Positions 12,700 to 26,139 of a stretch of DNA of 64,000 nucleotides are shown piece after piece. Source of the stretch: Lama glama (lineage: Eukaryota); NCBI GenBank assembly GCA_028534125.1, contig CM052817.1:95792001-95856000 (forward strand), given 5' to 3'. The notes beneath the pieces are model-generated. The model did no database searches. It was not told the DNA's origin and saw only the letters and a list, made by a program, of their open reading frames with translations. Numbering within the stretch: position 1 is the first letter of the stretch; every line of letters begins with the position of its first letter. Position numbers and translations under genes: made by a program.

Positions 12700-15035
12700 C
12701 TCCAATATGGAAGCCCTCATAGAATTCTTGGCAACTCAATATCCATGTAGATACTTCTCCCAGAATCCTGGCCACTCAGTTCCTTGACCTCCTTTCCTTC
12801 AATTATTTAATTAATTTCCATCATTTTTTCAGGCAACTTCTTCTCAGTGGTCAAATCCTAGACTTTGTCAACACCAAGTAACTATATTGATATTAACTTG
12901 ATAATCTTAACTTTAAGCTTCCAACCTTCTGACCACCACTGCCTATTTTTCCAGTTTGCTCTCACTCACATCCCAACGCCCAAAATATTTCAAGTCCTTC
13001 AGGACCTAAAGTCAGTAAATCTGATCCCACCACTTTTTCTTAGTTTCTCATCAAACTCTGATCCTTACCTGGTTTATATTTCACACTCTATCATTAAAAA
13101 CATTGCTTTGTATACACTCTCAACTCTCTTGCTCCTCTTTCCCTTAGGTGTATTTTCTTGATGAGAACTCTGTCCTGGTTTTATCCAGCTTTCTACCTCA
13201 TATGGTCTCACATGCATGCAACTTAACAAGGATGGAGGAAAATCCATATCCATACTAGGGGGCCATATTTTATTTATTTATTTTTTCTTTTTGGCGGGGA
13301 GGTAATTACGTTTAGTTATTTGTTAATGGAGGTACTGGGGATTGAACCCAGGACCTTGTGCATGCTAAGCATGTGCTCTACCACTGAGCTATAACCTTAG
13401 GTGGCCCCATTTTAAGTTCATTATCTCTCACCTCCAGTGAGCTTTTTGTGTTAGTTAGAAATCCTACCACCTTTTCCTAGTCTAGGTACTGTCCACTCTC
13501 CACATTTTTTCCTCTCCTACCCTCCTAAATGACCATTAGCATCTTCTATAATATCTCCTCTCCCCCAACCCTTCATTTAAAGTTAATAACCTTACTTCCT
13601 AATTCACTGAGAAAATGAAAGCAATCTGAGATGTACCTCTGTTTATTCTCACCACCGCATTCACTTGCACCTGTTGGTAAACTCTGCCTGTATCCAGACT
13701 ATCCGTGCTCTGAGCTAAAATAATCTCTCTACTTGTGTTCTAGATTCCATCCACTTGCTTGTACATTCCAGTACTGGTCCCTTCTCTTTCCTGTGTCATT
13801 GATTGTTGTTGTTTTTCCCCCCTTTCTTGGGTCATTCTCACCAGCCAACAAATATGCTATAATATTTTAGATTAAAAAAAAAACAACCTCTTCCTTATAT
13901 CATGTCTCTGCTCCCCTTCAGGACAAAATTTAAAGAGTTGTCTATGTTTACTGTCTCTATTTCTGTTCTTCCGCTTCCTCTTGAACCCACTCCAATCATG
14001 TTTTAACTCTTGCAGGCAGATATAATATGTGAATGATGACCTCCATGATATGAACTCCAAAGGTTAATTCTCAGTCTTTTCTGACTTAATCAACCAGCAG
14101 TAGATCACCCCCTTCCTCAGAGCCATTTTCTGGTCTTCTTTCTACATCCCTGGCCATTCCTTCTTAGTCTCCATGGCGGAGTCTTCCTCTGCTCCCACAT
14201 CTTTACTACACTGACATGCCCCAGATCTAAGTCCTCAGAGCTCTTTTCTGGATTCCCTCACTCCTTCACCGCTCTCACCAATTTTGTCATTATTTGTATG
14301 CTGATGACTTCAACACTTATCTGTCTAGCCTAGACCTCTCCCCTTAACTCCAGACTCCCTTATCCAGCCGTCCACTTGAGATCTGCACTCACGTGACTAA
14401 TAGTATCTCCAGCTGAGAAGTCCAAACCTGAGCTCCTCCTCTTCCTCTTCATTTCAGTAACAGCAACTCCTTCCTTCCATTTGTTCAGGTAAAAACACTA
14501 GTGTGATATTTGACTCCACTCTTCCTTTATCCCACCTACCATCATTAGCATATCCTGTGGACTCCACACTCGAAACATAATCAGACACTGAACACCATTC
14601 AATGCTTTCAACGCCACTGACTTGAACACCCCGGGCTGCGTACATCCTGTTACTGCTGGTTGGCTTTCTGTGGTCACCTCCTAATGGGTCTCCCTACCTT
14701 TGCCCTTTGCTCACTCAGTCTATTCTCAACAGAGTGGCCAGTATGATCCTTTAAACATATAATTCAGATCATGACATTTCTCTGCTCAAAACCCTTCATT
14801 GCCTCCCCAGCTTATTCAGGATCAAAGCCAAATTCTTATAAAAACCTCCAAAGCCTGATCTGATCTGGCCACTGACTACCTCTCGCACTCCACATCAAAC
14901 CTCTCTCCCCCTCGCAAATTCTGTCCCAACCAACGTGAGTCCTTGCTGTTCCAGCCTCTCACCCTACGGGCTCTTTACACTGGAATATTCACTATCTGGA
15001 ATGCTCTTCCCTCAGTGGCCTGCTCCCTCACTTCT
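12700..15035 (+). mobile_element. Long LINE-2 fragment (ORF2 region)
   Basis: C/T-rich L2 text. RT motif TATGCTGATGAC (YADD) at 14297-14308, and CAGATCATGACATTTCTCTGCTCAAAACCCTTC near 14770. Confidence 0.8.
13272..13397 (-). mobile_element. tRNA-Ala-derived SINE (Vic-1-like) inserted in L2
   Basis: ATGGAGGTACTGGGGATTGAACCCAGGACCTTGTGCATGCTAAGCATGTGCTCTACCACTGAGCTATA. Diverged TSD TAGGGGGCCATATTTT / TAGGTGGCCCCATTTT. Confidence 0.88.
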
Positions 15036-15039
15036 TTAA

Positions 15040-15900
15040 GATTTTCTTTAACACTTAAAGCAAAAAGACAAAATAGCAATGTCCTTAAAAACTCTGCTGG
15101 AAAAGATTTCCAATCTATAATTCTTTACATTTCTAGAATACCAATCAAGTTTGGGGGTAGAAATGATATTTCAAAGCATGCAAGATCTCAACAAATTTCC
15201 CTTCTATTTCTTTTTCAGGAAGTTCCTGGAGGATGTGCTCCACCAACATGACATAATAACCCAAGAAAGAGGAAACAGGGCATCCAACACTGAAGAGAGG
15301 CAGCGGGAATTCCCAGGGTGATGGTGACCGGAAGTCCTGAGCACTGGCTGTGCAGCCAGCCCAGAAAGAGGACAGAGGGCTCTGGGAGGAAAGTACCAAA
15401 GTGGGGGAAAGGGACTGTGAGGTTGCTTGACATGTTTAGTCACAGTAAAGAGAGGGATGCAGCTGAAGAGTTTGGAGATAACACGAGAGTTACATAGAAG
15501 ACCAGGGGGATGGTCTTCTGTGGGAAACAGAACAGCTGGACAAGAATGACAAAACACATCAATAATATTCAACATGCCTCGACTGCTAACAGTTTTTTCA
15601 CAGCTTAATCAGAAATTGTATAATGATTGTATTGGGAGGATGTAAGAAGGGTGTGTAGAGGAGAGGGAATCAGAACAGAGCTGGAGTCTCCACTTCCAGA
15701 GTAGGAGGCTGATACATCACACCCGAACATTTAAAAGTCAAGATACAGCAATGGGGCCATGTTACTGAAGAATATGTAGGTAAATACTAGAAACATTAGC
15801 TGAAAGATTTGAAAGTGATGCTGTCTGGGAGCAGAAATCAGGATAAGGAGGGAGGCTTTTTTCCTTATTTAAATGAAAAGTCTTGTGATAATTGACTTTT
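15040..15900 (+). mobile_element. Old L1/HAL1 ORF1-like fragment (right part and 3' region)
   Basis: Translates TLKAKRQNSNVLKNSAGKDFQSIILY, resembling ORF1p TLEARRQWSNAFK...DFQPRILY. Confidence 0.6.
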
Positions 15901-15911
15901 AAAAACTAAGT

Positions 15912-16283
15912 TGTGGCCATTAATTTTATGAACAATTTAAACAGAGTCAACTTGCCTGGTTGCAGGGTGCCCAGATTAAATATAATTTATTGATGTGTCT
16001 GAAAGAGTGTTTCTAGATGAATTTAGCATCTGAATCAATGGACTCCGTCAAGTAGGTTGCCCTCCCCAATACGGGAGGCATCATTCAATTCACTGAGGGA
16101 CGGAAGACTCCACAAGGCACAGGAAGGAGGAATTTGCTCCTTTTTCCTGCATGTGGAACTTCTCAGCCTTCATAATTGCATAAGCCATCCTTATAATCAA
16201 TTTCTCAAAGTAAATCTGTCTGTCTGCCTATCTATCTATCCATCTATCTATCCTATTGATTTTTCTCTGATGAAATCTAGTAC
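15912..16283 (+). mobile_element. MLT2-type (ERVL) LTR
   Basis: TGTGGCCATTAATTTTATG...GTCAACTTG...GGGTGCCCAGAT...GTGTTTCTAGATGAATTTAGCATCTGAATC...TCTATCCTATTG. Confidence 0.75.
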
Positions 16284-16732
16284 ATAAGTATAATTTCTTT
16301 GAGAAAGTTAAAATAAAAATAAAGCAAAAAAACCTCTCTTCAAATCACACAAAAAAAGAAAGCCATGAATTATATAAATCATATTTAATATAACTGATAT
16401 GTAAGTGGTGTGAATTTCTCATAGATGGAAAACAAAGGAAACTATCTCAATGTGCTAGAACTCTGTGGGTATCTAATAACTCAGCTAACATTTCTCCTGT
16501 CTTCTAGGAAATGCCTCTTTTTTGTTTTAGAAATTTCTTCTTTCTCCAACCCAAACACAAGCTTTTGGATTCACTTACCATAATATCGTGTATCATGTAC
16601 ATAGGAGCAGGCACAGGACCCAATCAGGATGATCTAAGTCCTGTCCTGGAGATTTTTGAACTGAATAGAAAAAGGCAGCTGTGTAAATGCAGCCCCAGCA
16701 AGTATGTCTCCTCCTATGTGAAAAATCCTGTC

Positions 16733-19700
16733 TGGAACTTCTGGTTTAGGGCGCTGCATGTAAGGAGCTTGGAAGTCACCACTCCATCCTAACAACAGAT
16801 AAAAGCAGCATATACTGAAAAATCAACAAGTCTCCTTGTACCTGTAAGAGAGATGAAGTCACAGGGCAAACCTCCGCCCTCAAGATTGGAGAGACAGAGA
16901 GGCAAACACAGGGTACCAGGGCTTACCAGAGCAGAGACTCAATACCAGAAACTCCCATAGGAGTAGGGTAGGAGAACTGGAACTGGTTGATGAATTGCTG
17001 GAGGCTCAGTGTGGACAACTCTGAGAGTGAAAAATGTCAGGGGACCGAGTCATAGGAGTCCCCCCACAACACTTCTATGGGTTTGCCTCTAGGAGCTCGA
17101 CAAGCTTCTCACAGTAAATACTGGAAAAAAATTCTCTAATGCTATTGGCATAGGGAAGGGGGGAAAACATTTTGAAAAATGCCAGAGAACTCTTCTTTTT
17201 AACAAGTCTGTCCCTCAGGGGAAACTAGTTAGCCAGTGTCTAACCTGCTGGGGAATTATTAGAGTTTAACTAACCTGAGAGAAAGGAAACGCCTTTGTCC
17301 CACCCAATCTAGCTGCCCTGTTCCATCTAAGGGGGAGGGAACCTGGGAAGTTCACAGTTCAGAGGCACAGGCTCACTGAAAGACTGATCTCCAATCCTAG
17401 AACTATAGAATACTTTCCCTCCCTTCCCACACTTCACTACCGCATCACTAAAGGCCTTTTTACAGCAGTTCCTCTTACCTAGTATCATGTGCAGCTATCG
17501 AGAAGAAATAACAAGGCATACTATAGAGAAAAAGCACAATCTGAAGAGAAAGAGCAAGCATCAGAGCCAGACGTGGAAGGGATGTTGGAATTACCAGGTC
17601 AGGAATTTACAACAACTATGACTGACATATAAGGGCTCTAACGGATAAAGTAGACAGCATGTGAGAATAGATGAACAGTTTAAGCAGAGAGTTAGAAATC
17701 CTGAGAAAGAACCAAAAAGCACTGCTAAAAATGAAAAACACTACAACCCAATGAAGAAGGCCTTTAATGGGCTTATTGTAGACTGGACATGGCTGAGGAA
17801 AGAGTCTCTGAGTTTGAGGATATGTCAATAGAAACCTCCAAAACTGAAAAGAAAAGAGAACAAAAACTGAAAGAAAGAGAACAGAGTATCCAAGGACTGT
17901 GGGACAACTGCAAAAGATGTAGTGTACACATGATGTGAATAGCAGAAGGAGAAGAAAAAGAGAAAGTTACAGAAGAAATATTTAAAACAAAGGTCACAAA
18001 GAATTTCACCCAATTAATGTCAGACACCAAACCACGGATCCAGGAAGCCCAGAGAACACGAAGCAGGATAAGTGGCAAACAAACAAACAAAACACCCAGA
18101 AACAAAAACAAAAACCCCCCAGCTATATCATTTTCTACAGAAAATCAAAGACAAGGGAAAATTCCTGAAATAAGGCAGATGGGAAAAAAAATTCTTATCA
18201 ACAGAGGGACAAAGATAATAATTATGTTCAACTTCTCTTCAGAAACCATGTAAACAAGAAGAGAGTGGAGTGAAATATTTTAAAGTGTTGAGAGAAAAAA
18301 CCCACCAACCTAGAATTCTCTACCCCGTGGCATTTTGTTCAAAAGTAATGGAGTAACAAAAACTTTCTCAAACAAACACAAATTGAAGGCATTTGTTGCC
18401 AGTAGACCTGCCTTGCAAGAAATGTTAAAAGAAGTTCTTTGGAGAGAAGGAAAAAAATGTAAGTCAGAAATTTAGATCTATATAAAATTCAGATCTATGT
18501 AAAAGAAGGAGCAGCAGAGAATAAGTAAATGAAGGTGAAGTGAAAACTTTTATAGCATATGTCTGGTTGTGTGAGATTCGGGTCAGTGAAATGAATGACA
18601 GCAATGAAACAAGGGGCAAGAAGGGGGAAAGAGGAGTGGTTCGTTCTTATAAGGTACTTGCACTGCCCATGAAGCCATGCAGTGTTATTTGAAAGCTGTC
18701 TTGGATTAGTTGTAAATATATATTGTAAACTCTGGGATAATCATTAGAAAAGTAAACAGAGAAGTATAACTAATATGCCAAAAGGGAGAGAAAATGGAAT
18801 CTTATAAAATGCTCCATTAAAACCACAAAAGGCAGAAAAAAGAAAAGAAAAATAGGAACAAAGAACAGGGCAACAAAGAGAAAACAGTAACAAATATGTT
18901 GGATATTCATCCAACCTAATAAATCATCATTTTGAGTGTCAGTGGTCTAAAGGCACCAATTAAATTGTCAGCGCAGATAAAAACATAACTCAAATACATG
19001 TTGTGTGCAAGAAACCCACTTTAAATATAAATATACATAGGGATGAAAAAAGTGGATGCAGAAAAAATATACCATGTTAACACTAAACAAAAGAAATCAG
19101 CAGTAATTGTATTAATTTTGGATGGAATATGCTTCAAAGCAAGGAAAATTATTAGGGGAAAAAGAAGGGCATTCAATAATAATAACGTGGTCAGTTCACC
19201 AAGAAGACATGACATAACCATCCTTAACATGTACGTGCCTAACAGCAGCGTGTCAAACTATGTAAGGCAAAAGCTGACAGGACTGCAAGGAGAAATAGAT
19301 GCATCCATCCCCAGCGTTGGAGATTTCAACACCCCTCTGTCGGAAATGGACAGATCCAAGAGGCAGAATACCAGGAAGGACACAGTGGAGCTCAACAGTA
19401 CCATCAATCGATTGGCATTTGTAGACAATTTTATTGATATTTATAGACAATTTCATCCAACAAGAGCAGAATACACACTTTCCTCAAGCTCACGTGAAAC
19501 AGTCAAGATAGACTGTATTCGAGGCCATAAAACACACTTTAACAAATGTAAAAGAATGGCAGTCACAGAATGCCTACCGTCAGACCGCAATGGATTTCAA
19601 CTAAAAATCAATAGCAGAAAGATACCTGGAAATGCAAAAACATGGAGATTAAAAAACACACTTCTAAATAATGCATGGGTTAAAAAAGAATAAAAATATT

Positions 19701-20048
19701 TTGAACTAAGTGAAAATGAAAAGAAAACTTACCAGAACTTGTGGAATGCAGCGAAGGAGCTCTTAGAGGGAAATTTGTCATATTGAAGGTATATATTAGA
19801 AAAAGAAGAAAGAGCTAAAAATCACTCACTTAAGCTTTCACCTTAGGAAACAGGAAAAGAAGAGAAAATTGGATCCAAAATAAGCAGAAGATAAGAAATA
19901 GTAAGAATAAGAGCAAAACCCAATGAAATTATAAACAAGAAATCAATAGAAAAACTCAGCAAAACAAAAAGTATGTTCTTTGAAAATGTCAATAAAATAG
20001 GTGAGCCACTACCCAGGTGAAGGGGAAAAGAAAAAAGACACAGATTAC
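16733..20048 (+). mobile_element. Old L1 (L1M type): 5' UTR, decayed ORF1 and ORF2 endonuclease
   Basis: ORF1-like RIQEAQRTRSRI...MFNFSSETM (18017-18253). ORF 19043-19693 has L1 endonuclease motifs ITILNMYVPN, VGDFNTPLSEMDRS, DIYRQFHP and SDRNG (SDH-like). Confidence 0.9.
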
Positions 20049-20278
20049 TGTAGGGGAGGAAAAAGGTTTCCTCAGTCCTTCTAGGATTCCTGGCTGAGTC
20101 TGAAAATTAAACTGACAAACACAATTAACAGGAGGAAAGCATATAAATTCTATTGAACTTTTGTATGTATGTAATATATATGAGTGACTTCACAAGAGAA
20201 TAAAGACCTGTAGAAGTGACCAGAGCAGGAACATTTTACTACATTTTAGAAAAAGAAACAATACATTTGTGAAGAAAG
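20049..20278 (-). mobile_element. Truncated ERV1-type LTR fragment (MER34-like)
   Basis: Starts abruptly with TGTAGGGAGGAAAAAGG and interrupts L1 ORF2. It resembles recalled MER34-group LTRs. The second terminus is not visible. Confidence 0.5.
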
Positions 20279-20279
20279 A

Positions 20280-20840
20280 GAAATTAAGAGATCAATCCTC
20301 TTTGCAACTGCATCAAAAAAGAATAAGATACCTAGGAATAATTTAACCAAGAAGGTGAAGGACCTGTACTCTGAAAACTATGACATCGATAAAAGAAATT
20401 GATGATGACACAAGTGAATGAAAATATAAACCATGTCCATGAATTGGAAGGATTAATATTGTTGCAATGTCCATATTACACATAAAAAACAAACAACCCA
20501 ATTAAAAAATGGGCAGAGGGCCTGAAAAGACATTTTTCCAAAGAAGACATACAGATGGCCAACAGACACATGCAAAGATGCTCAGTGTCACTTATCATCA
20601 GGGAAATGCAAATCAAAACCACAAGGTACCACTTCACACCTGATGTAAATGATAGACTTGGAGTGACTATGATGTGTCAATGTTGATTCATCAGTTGAAA
20701 CAAATGTACCACTCTGGTTGAGGATGCTGACAGTGAGGGGAGGCTATGTGTAGAAGCAGGGAATACGTGGAAAATTTCTGCACCTTCCTCTTGATTTTGC
20801 TGTGAACCTAAAACTAGTCTTAAAAGAGAAAGTCTTAGAA
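20280..20840 (+). mobile_element. L1 ORF2 C-terminal fragments and L1MC/MD-type 3' UTR
   Basis: ATACCTAGGAATAATTTAACCAAGAAGGTGAAGGACCTGTACTCTGAAAACTA...; CAAAGAAGACATACAGATGGCCAACAGACACATG; TTTTGCTGTGAACCTAAAACT. Confidence 0.8.
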
Positions 20841-22179
20841 AAATCCTACTTGAGGTATGTGGTAGGCAACAATGACTCCAACATGCAGAGAAATCTGGGT
20901 AAGAGATGAAGAAAGAATCATAGAGTAAGACGGAAATAAAAGACTGACAGTATTCAAGTTCCTGGTTCCAGTTGTCCCCAGCTACTTCCCTGTATTCCCA
21001 GTTTACAAGCCTAAAAGCCATCCTCTTCTGCTTAAGCCATTTCAGGTTGGATTTATAGCAATCTCCAAAAGCATCAGTAAAATACATGTTACTCGGGCAG
21101 AGGTAGCATCACCAACAAACAGGTACTGTTCCCCAACATCTCAAGGGCTGTAAACAATCAGGACACCAAGACAAATAGAATCCTGCAGAGCTTCGATTGC
21201 AAGGTGAGGTGGCAAGTGTTTGCGGAGGGAGGTATGGTAATCCAGGAGCTGGGAACCAGATAAGGGAAAGAAGGGGGCTCTGGAAGGAAGAGGAGAGAAA
21301 CAGAACGTCTGTTCTGAGCAGGGAGCAGAGAGAGCCAGGGATGCAAACTCAAGTGCTTACTAGGGCCAGGCGTGACATGGACCAGGCTGCGGGGGTTCAG
21401 GGGTGGGAGGTGGAGGAAGTAGGGTCATGCGGAACTCACGCTCCATCTGAAAAGGGCTCCTGGACCCAACAGATGAAAGCTGTCCCTTCCAGTCTTTTAG
21501 GAAAAGCGAAAAATCTAAATTTTGTTGTGAAATGTATTACTTTTAAATGTTGACAACAATTAACAAAAATTCAAACACTGTATGAGCCAAACATAACATG
21601 TCTGTTGGCTGCCTCTGGGTCTCCGACCTCCAGTGAGAGACTGGTGCTGTAAGCAGAGGCAAAGCAACTCCTGTTGGTAAAAAGGAGACCTGGAGCAGAT
21701 GGTTCGTGTAGCAGAGTAGCAGGAGAGCGTGGAGAGTCAGATGGGACCTCAAACCTGTTAACAGGTTATTCAAGAGGAATGTGGGCAGAGCCATATTTTT
21801 GGAAGATCTCTTTGGGAGCTGGTTGAAGGATGAGTCAGACATGGGAAAGACCAGAGGACTGTTTTATATAAAGATACGATTTTGAGGAATTGGCACTTTT
21901 GTGTTTTTTATTGCAAATGGGGGTCAAGTTATTTTCAGGTGAAAACAGGGCTGATCTCTTTGTCACCTCCCAACAGAGCAATATGGAAATGACAGGTGAT
22001 GGAGTGGGAGGTGAAGGGGAAGATTTACACTGACCAGCACTTGGAATCTAATGAAATTCCCGCTGGTGTTTTCTAGACCTTCTGCAAAGTCCTTCTTTGA
22101 TGTCAGCCACTGAGTCTCCTTCTGTCTCAGCTCTGTTCCCTTCCATCACTCTGTAGGTAATCCTCTTGCCAAACAGAGT

Positions 22180-22628
22180 TGTGGTAGTCATGGAGGGCAC
22201 CACTCAGATCTCCCTTCTAAAGACAATCTGCCATGAGTTGAGTTAGCTGACATCCTCCAGCTGCAGTGTCCCCTGGGATCTGGCCCAGGGCATGTGCTGA
22301 CATCATGCTCTCCACGGGCTGCTCCCAGCCACCCACCGAGGATGGCACAAGTTCTAAGGCTGGTCATTTTGCCCAGCATGGGGGTCTTGTAGTGGCCAGT
22401 ATTTACCCTCTGCCCACTGAAATTCTCTCAGAGCTGCACTTCAGCTGGAACCTCCTCCTACCCAACCTTCCTTTCTTCCCTATTTCCTTTCATTGTGTCA
22501 GACGTGCATCATGGTCTGAAGGTTTTCCCTGCCTACTCCTGCTTCCTTACTCCTGCATCTTCTTCCAATAAATCTTTTGCACTGCTAATTCCATCTTAGT
22601 GCCTGCTTCGCAGAGAACTGAACTGACA
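22180..22628 (+). mobile_element. LTR16A-like 5' LTR of an ERVL (ERV3-16A3-like) provirus relic
   Basis: Starts TGTGGTAGTCATGG...CTCAGATCTCCCTTC, has AATAAA near 22567 and ends ...AACTGACA. Homologous to 26140-26796. Confidence 0.8.
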
Positions 22629-25600
22629 CAGTTGTACCAAGAATTAGTCCAACAAGTGAGGCGTTAAGAGGGGCTTGGGGACTGGACCGTTCACTGTCTG
22701 GCTAGCAAATAAGACCCCCACTTCAAATGGAATGGGGAGCGTGGATCATCTTGGGCACAAGATGGTGGCTTAATTGCAAAAACTTTTACTGGTGGTGACC
22801 TGGGAAATCAGGCCATTGGAGGTTATGAGATTATACTTGGTTATATTACATTTGATTGCATTTGGCTGTATAGATTGTATTTGATTATATACAACCAAAT
22901 ATGTTATATTTGGTTATATTTATGTAGTGAGGTTTCTTCAATCTGCAGGAAAGCATTTCTAGTCTTTGTGAATATTTGGTCTTTGAGAGTATTTGGATGG
23001 ATCTGGTGCCTATTCAGTATTCATTAGTCCATAAAAAAAAAAAGAGAGAGAGAGAGAAAGTTATGAGAGGAATAATGTGTACAAAGACAATGGACTTAGT
23101 AAGGTTTTACTAAGTTGTCCTATGCTCTGCAAAGGGATTATGAAAGACAAATATAGGTAAAAACCATGTGTAAAAGACAAAAAAAAATTTTTAACTGAAG
23201 AAGAGATTTGAATAGATACTTGCCCAAAGAAGAGATATGGTGGCAAAGAAGCACATAGAAAGATGTCCAATACATGAGTAATTAGGGAAATGCCACTTAA
23301 AAGCAGGATGAAATAGAACTATAAACCTATTAGAATGGCTAAAATTAAAAAAATACAGATAACTCAAAGCCCTGGCTGAGCTACGTAACAACTGTAACTC
23401 TCAGAGATGGCCGATAGGGAGGTAAATGGTTACAGCCACCGTGTCAAAGTTTGGCAGTTGTTTTATAAACTTAAACACACACATTATCACATGACCCAGC
23501 AATCCCACTTCTAGCTCTTGACTTAGGAGAAATGAAAATATGGCCTTTACGTAAAGACCCATATGTGAATATTTTAGCAGCTTTATTCATAATCACCCCA
23601 AAATTAGAACAACCTAAGGATCCATCTGATGAAAAGTGAATAATTAAATTAGGATACATCTGCACAATGGAATAGTCTTCCGTGATAAAAAGGACTGAAC
23701 TACTGATATGTGCAACAACATGAATGAATCTAACTGCATCATAGTAAGTGAAAAAGGCCAGATGCAAAAAACCTCATGAATGATTCCATCTATATGACCT
23801 TTTGTAAAAGTCACAGAGATGGAAATCAGATCAGTGGTTTCCAGGGGCAGGAGTTGGGGAGGAGAAGACTGATTACAAAGGGACATGATGAGAGAGTTTT
23901 GGGGGGTGATAATAATAGTGATATAATATAATAATACGGTATAATATAACATAATAATAATATCTCAGCTGTGGTGGTTGTTACATGACCCTATACATTT
24001 GTCAAGACTGATCACACCACTCATCTAAATTTTACTATATGTAAAGTTTACCATAATAAAGCTGAATTAAAAAAAGAAAGGCTGCGTATGAAAGCCAGAG
24101 GCCTTTGGGGTAGCTTACAGAGATGCCCTTTGTCTTTGGCAGTGGACGATGGACACAGCTGAGGAGTCAGGTCAGCACCTAATAGGATCACAGAACTATA
24201 AAGATTACTGAAGGGTCAGGCAAGGCCGCTCTGTTATGCTCAGGGTGAGAAAACCTGGGACCCTGAAACACGGAATGGAGACATTCGGTGAGTGCCCCAC
24301 AAGACTGTGGGTTTGCAAATTTGTCCCACCCCTCCACACCAAGAGCTTGTACCCCAACAGGTAGGAAGACTGCAGAGGCCTCTTTCCATCAATATAACAA
24401 ATGACTGCTCAGGACACCACCTCTTCTCCTGGTGCCAGGTGTGTAACAGGGCTGAGTCTCAGCAAAACCCTACTAAGGACATGCTGGGCCTGATGAGGGG
24501 AGAAAGAGATTATGTCCCAAAAGGGTGGAAGAAATAGCCAACAAGGACTGGCAGGAGCCAGGGGGAATACTTACTGGATATGATGTTGAGGTTATTCTAC
24601 CAAAGAGACCAAAACAGAAGACTGGATAAGTAAGAGTTCATTGCCTTTGGAACACCACCATGGGATATTAGATTTAACACCTTGGCAAAGACACTAGGAT
24701 ATAAGGCAAATGTGTGAGTTGGGTGTCACTTAGAAACATAGAGAAGTGATAACCCTACCAGAAAGTATGTGCCATGGAAGAGGTTCTGAATAAGCAACTA
24801 GAAAAAATGACTTGGTGAGTTAATGTGGCCAGAATCAGCATGGCTGGCACATGAATGAAGCAGCCATGGAAGCAAAGATGACAGCTACATATGTGCCCAA
24901 TAGCATGATGATCTCTAGTTATTGTTGCCTCTGAATGTCCAACCTCTAGCAAAGGATACCAGTGCTGAGCCTGCAACAAGAAGCTCTTCTTGAGAGACCT
25001 AATTGCCACTTGGTGGCAAGTTAACTACATTGGGTCCTTTCCAGGGTGGAATCTGATTCATTCTCACTATAATAGACAGCAACTCCAGAATGAGTTGGCA
25101 TTACATTTCTACAGAGCCTCAGCCTGCACCACTGTTTGGGAGCTTAGGGAATGCCCGACCACAAGTCTTGAATCCAACACAACATAACACACAACAGGAG
25201 ACACAATTCACACTAAGGGAAGCCCAAGGCAATCGAGTCTATTTGATGTGCCATATACCACACCACCCAGAAGCAACCAGTCTCAAAAAGCACTGGAACA
25301 ACCTTCTAATTACCCAACATCAATGCCAGTGCCAACACAATACTTTGCAAAAGTGGGTGTCATCCTCCAGGACTCGGGGTGTGCACTGAATCAGAGACCT
25401 CTGTAAGGAGCTGTGAACCCAACGAGAAGAATGCATGGGTCTAGGAACCAACGGGTGGAAGCAGGAATATTTTCATTTCTACTGTCATTTCTTACCAACT
25501 TATTATCCTTTCTAATGACTCACAAGGGGCATTTTGCTTTCTTGACAGCATGGATGTGGCCTCTGCAAGGTTACAGCTCCTGGTCCCCAAGGGGGCACAT

Positions 25601-26139
25601 AGCAAAGTTCCATCGAACACAAGTTAAGTCTGCCTCCAGGGCACCTTGGGGTCTCTGTCTCCAGGGACTAGCCAGTGAGAAGTCATCTTCTGGGCAGGGA
25701 TCATTGATCTTGACCAATGAGATGAAGCAAGATCATTTTTCTCCAGTGGGTGCAGGTGCACTGTGGGGCATCTCCCTGGGGGTTTCTTAGTACTCCCGTG
25801 CCCAGTGGCACTGTGAAAGGACGTGCATGGCAACCCTGGCCAGAGAACGGGATGATTACCTGGGCTCAGACCCCGCAGGAGTTGTCTGGGTCACATCACC
25901 AGGTGAGTCTTCACCACTTGCAGAGGTACCAGCCGAGTGTGAAGGGAATTTAGAATGCATGATGGAGGAGGGAGAAAACGAGTACCAGTTGCAACCCCAA
26001 CCCCAACTGCGGTGATGGGGCTGAGTTCCTGCCACTAACCTCCTTCCTCTGAGTTTATCCCCAGAAAGCAAAACCCACAGTCCTCGTAGAAGAGTTGTTC
26101 CATGACCTCACATAGAGAAGTGGATCCTGTAGATGAACT
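22629..26139 (+). mobile_element. ERVL internal relic with integrase remnants, interrupted by L1
   Basis: ATWWQVNYIGSFP (24990-25187) and QETQFT...CHIPHHPEATSLKKHWNNLL (25090-25389) match ERVL integrase motifs WWQVDYIGPLP and YHVPHHPEAAGLIERWNGLL. Confidence 0.8.
23175..24075 (+). mobile_element. L1M (L1MB/MC/ME-like) 3' end nested in the ERVL relic
   Basis: AAGATTTGAATAGATAC-like start...ATGACCCAGCAATCCCACTTCTAG...GCAGCTTTATTCATAATC...AATAAAGCTG followed by an A-tail. Confidence 0.85.
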
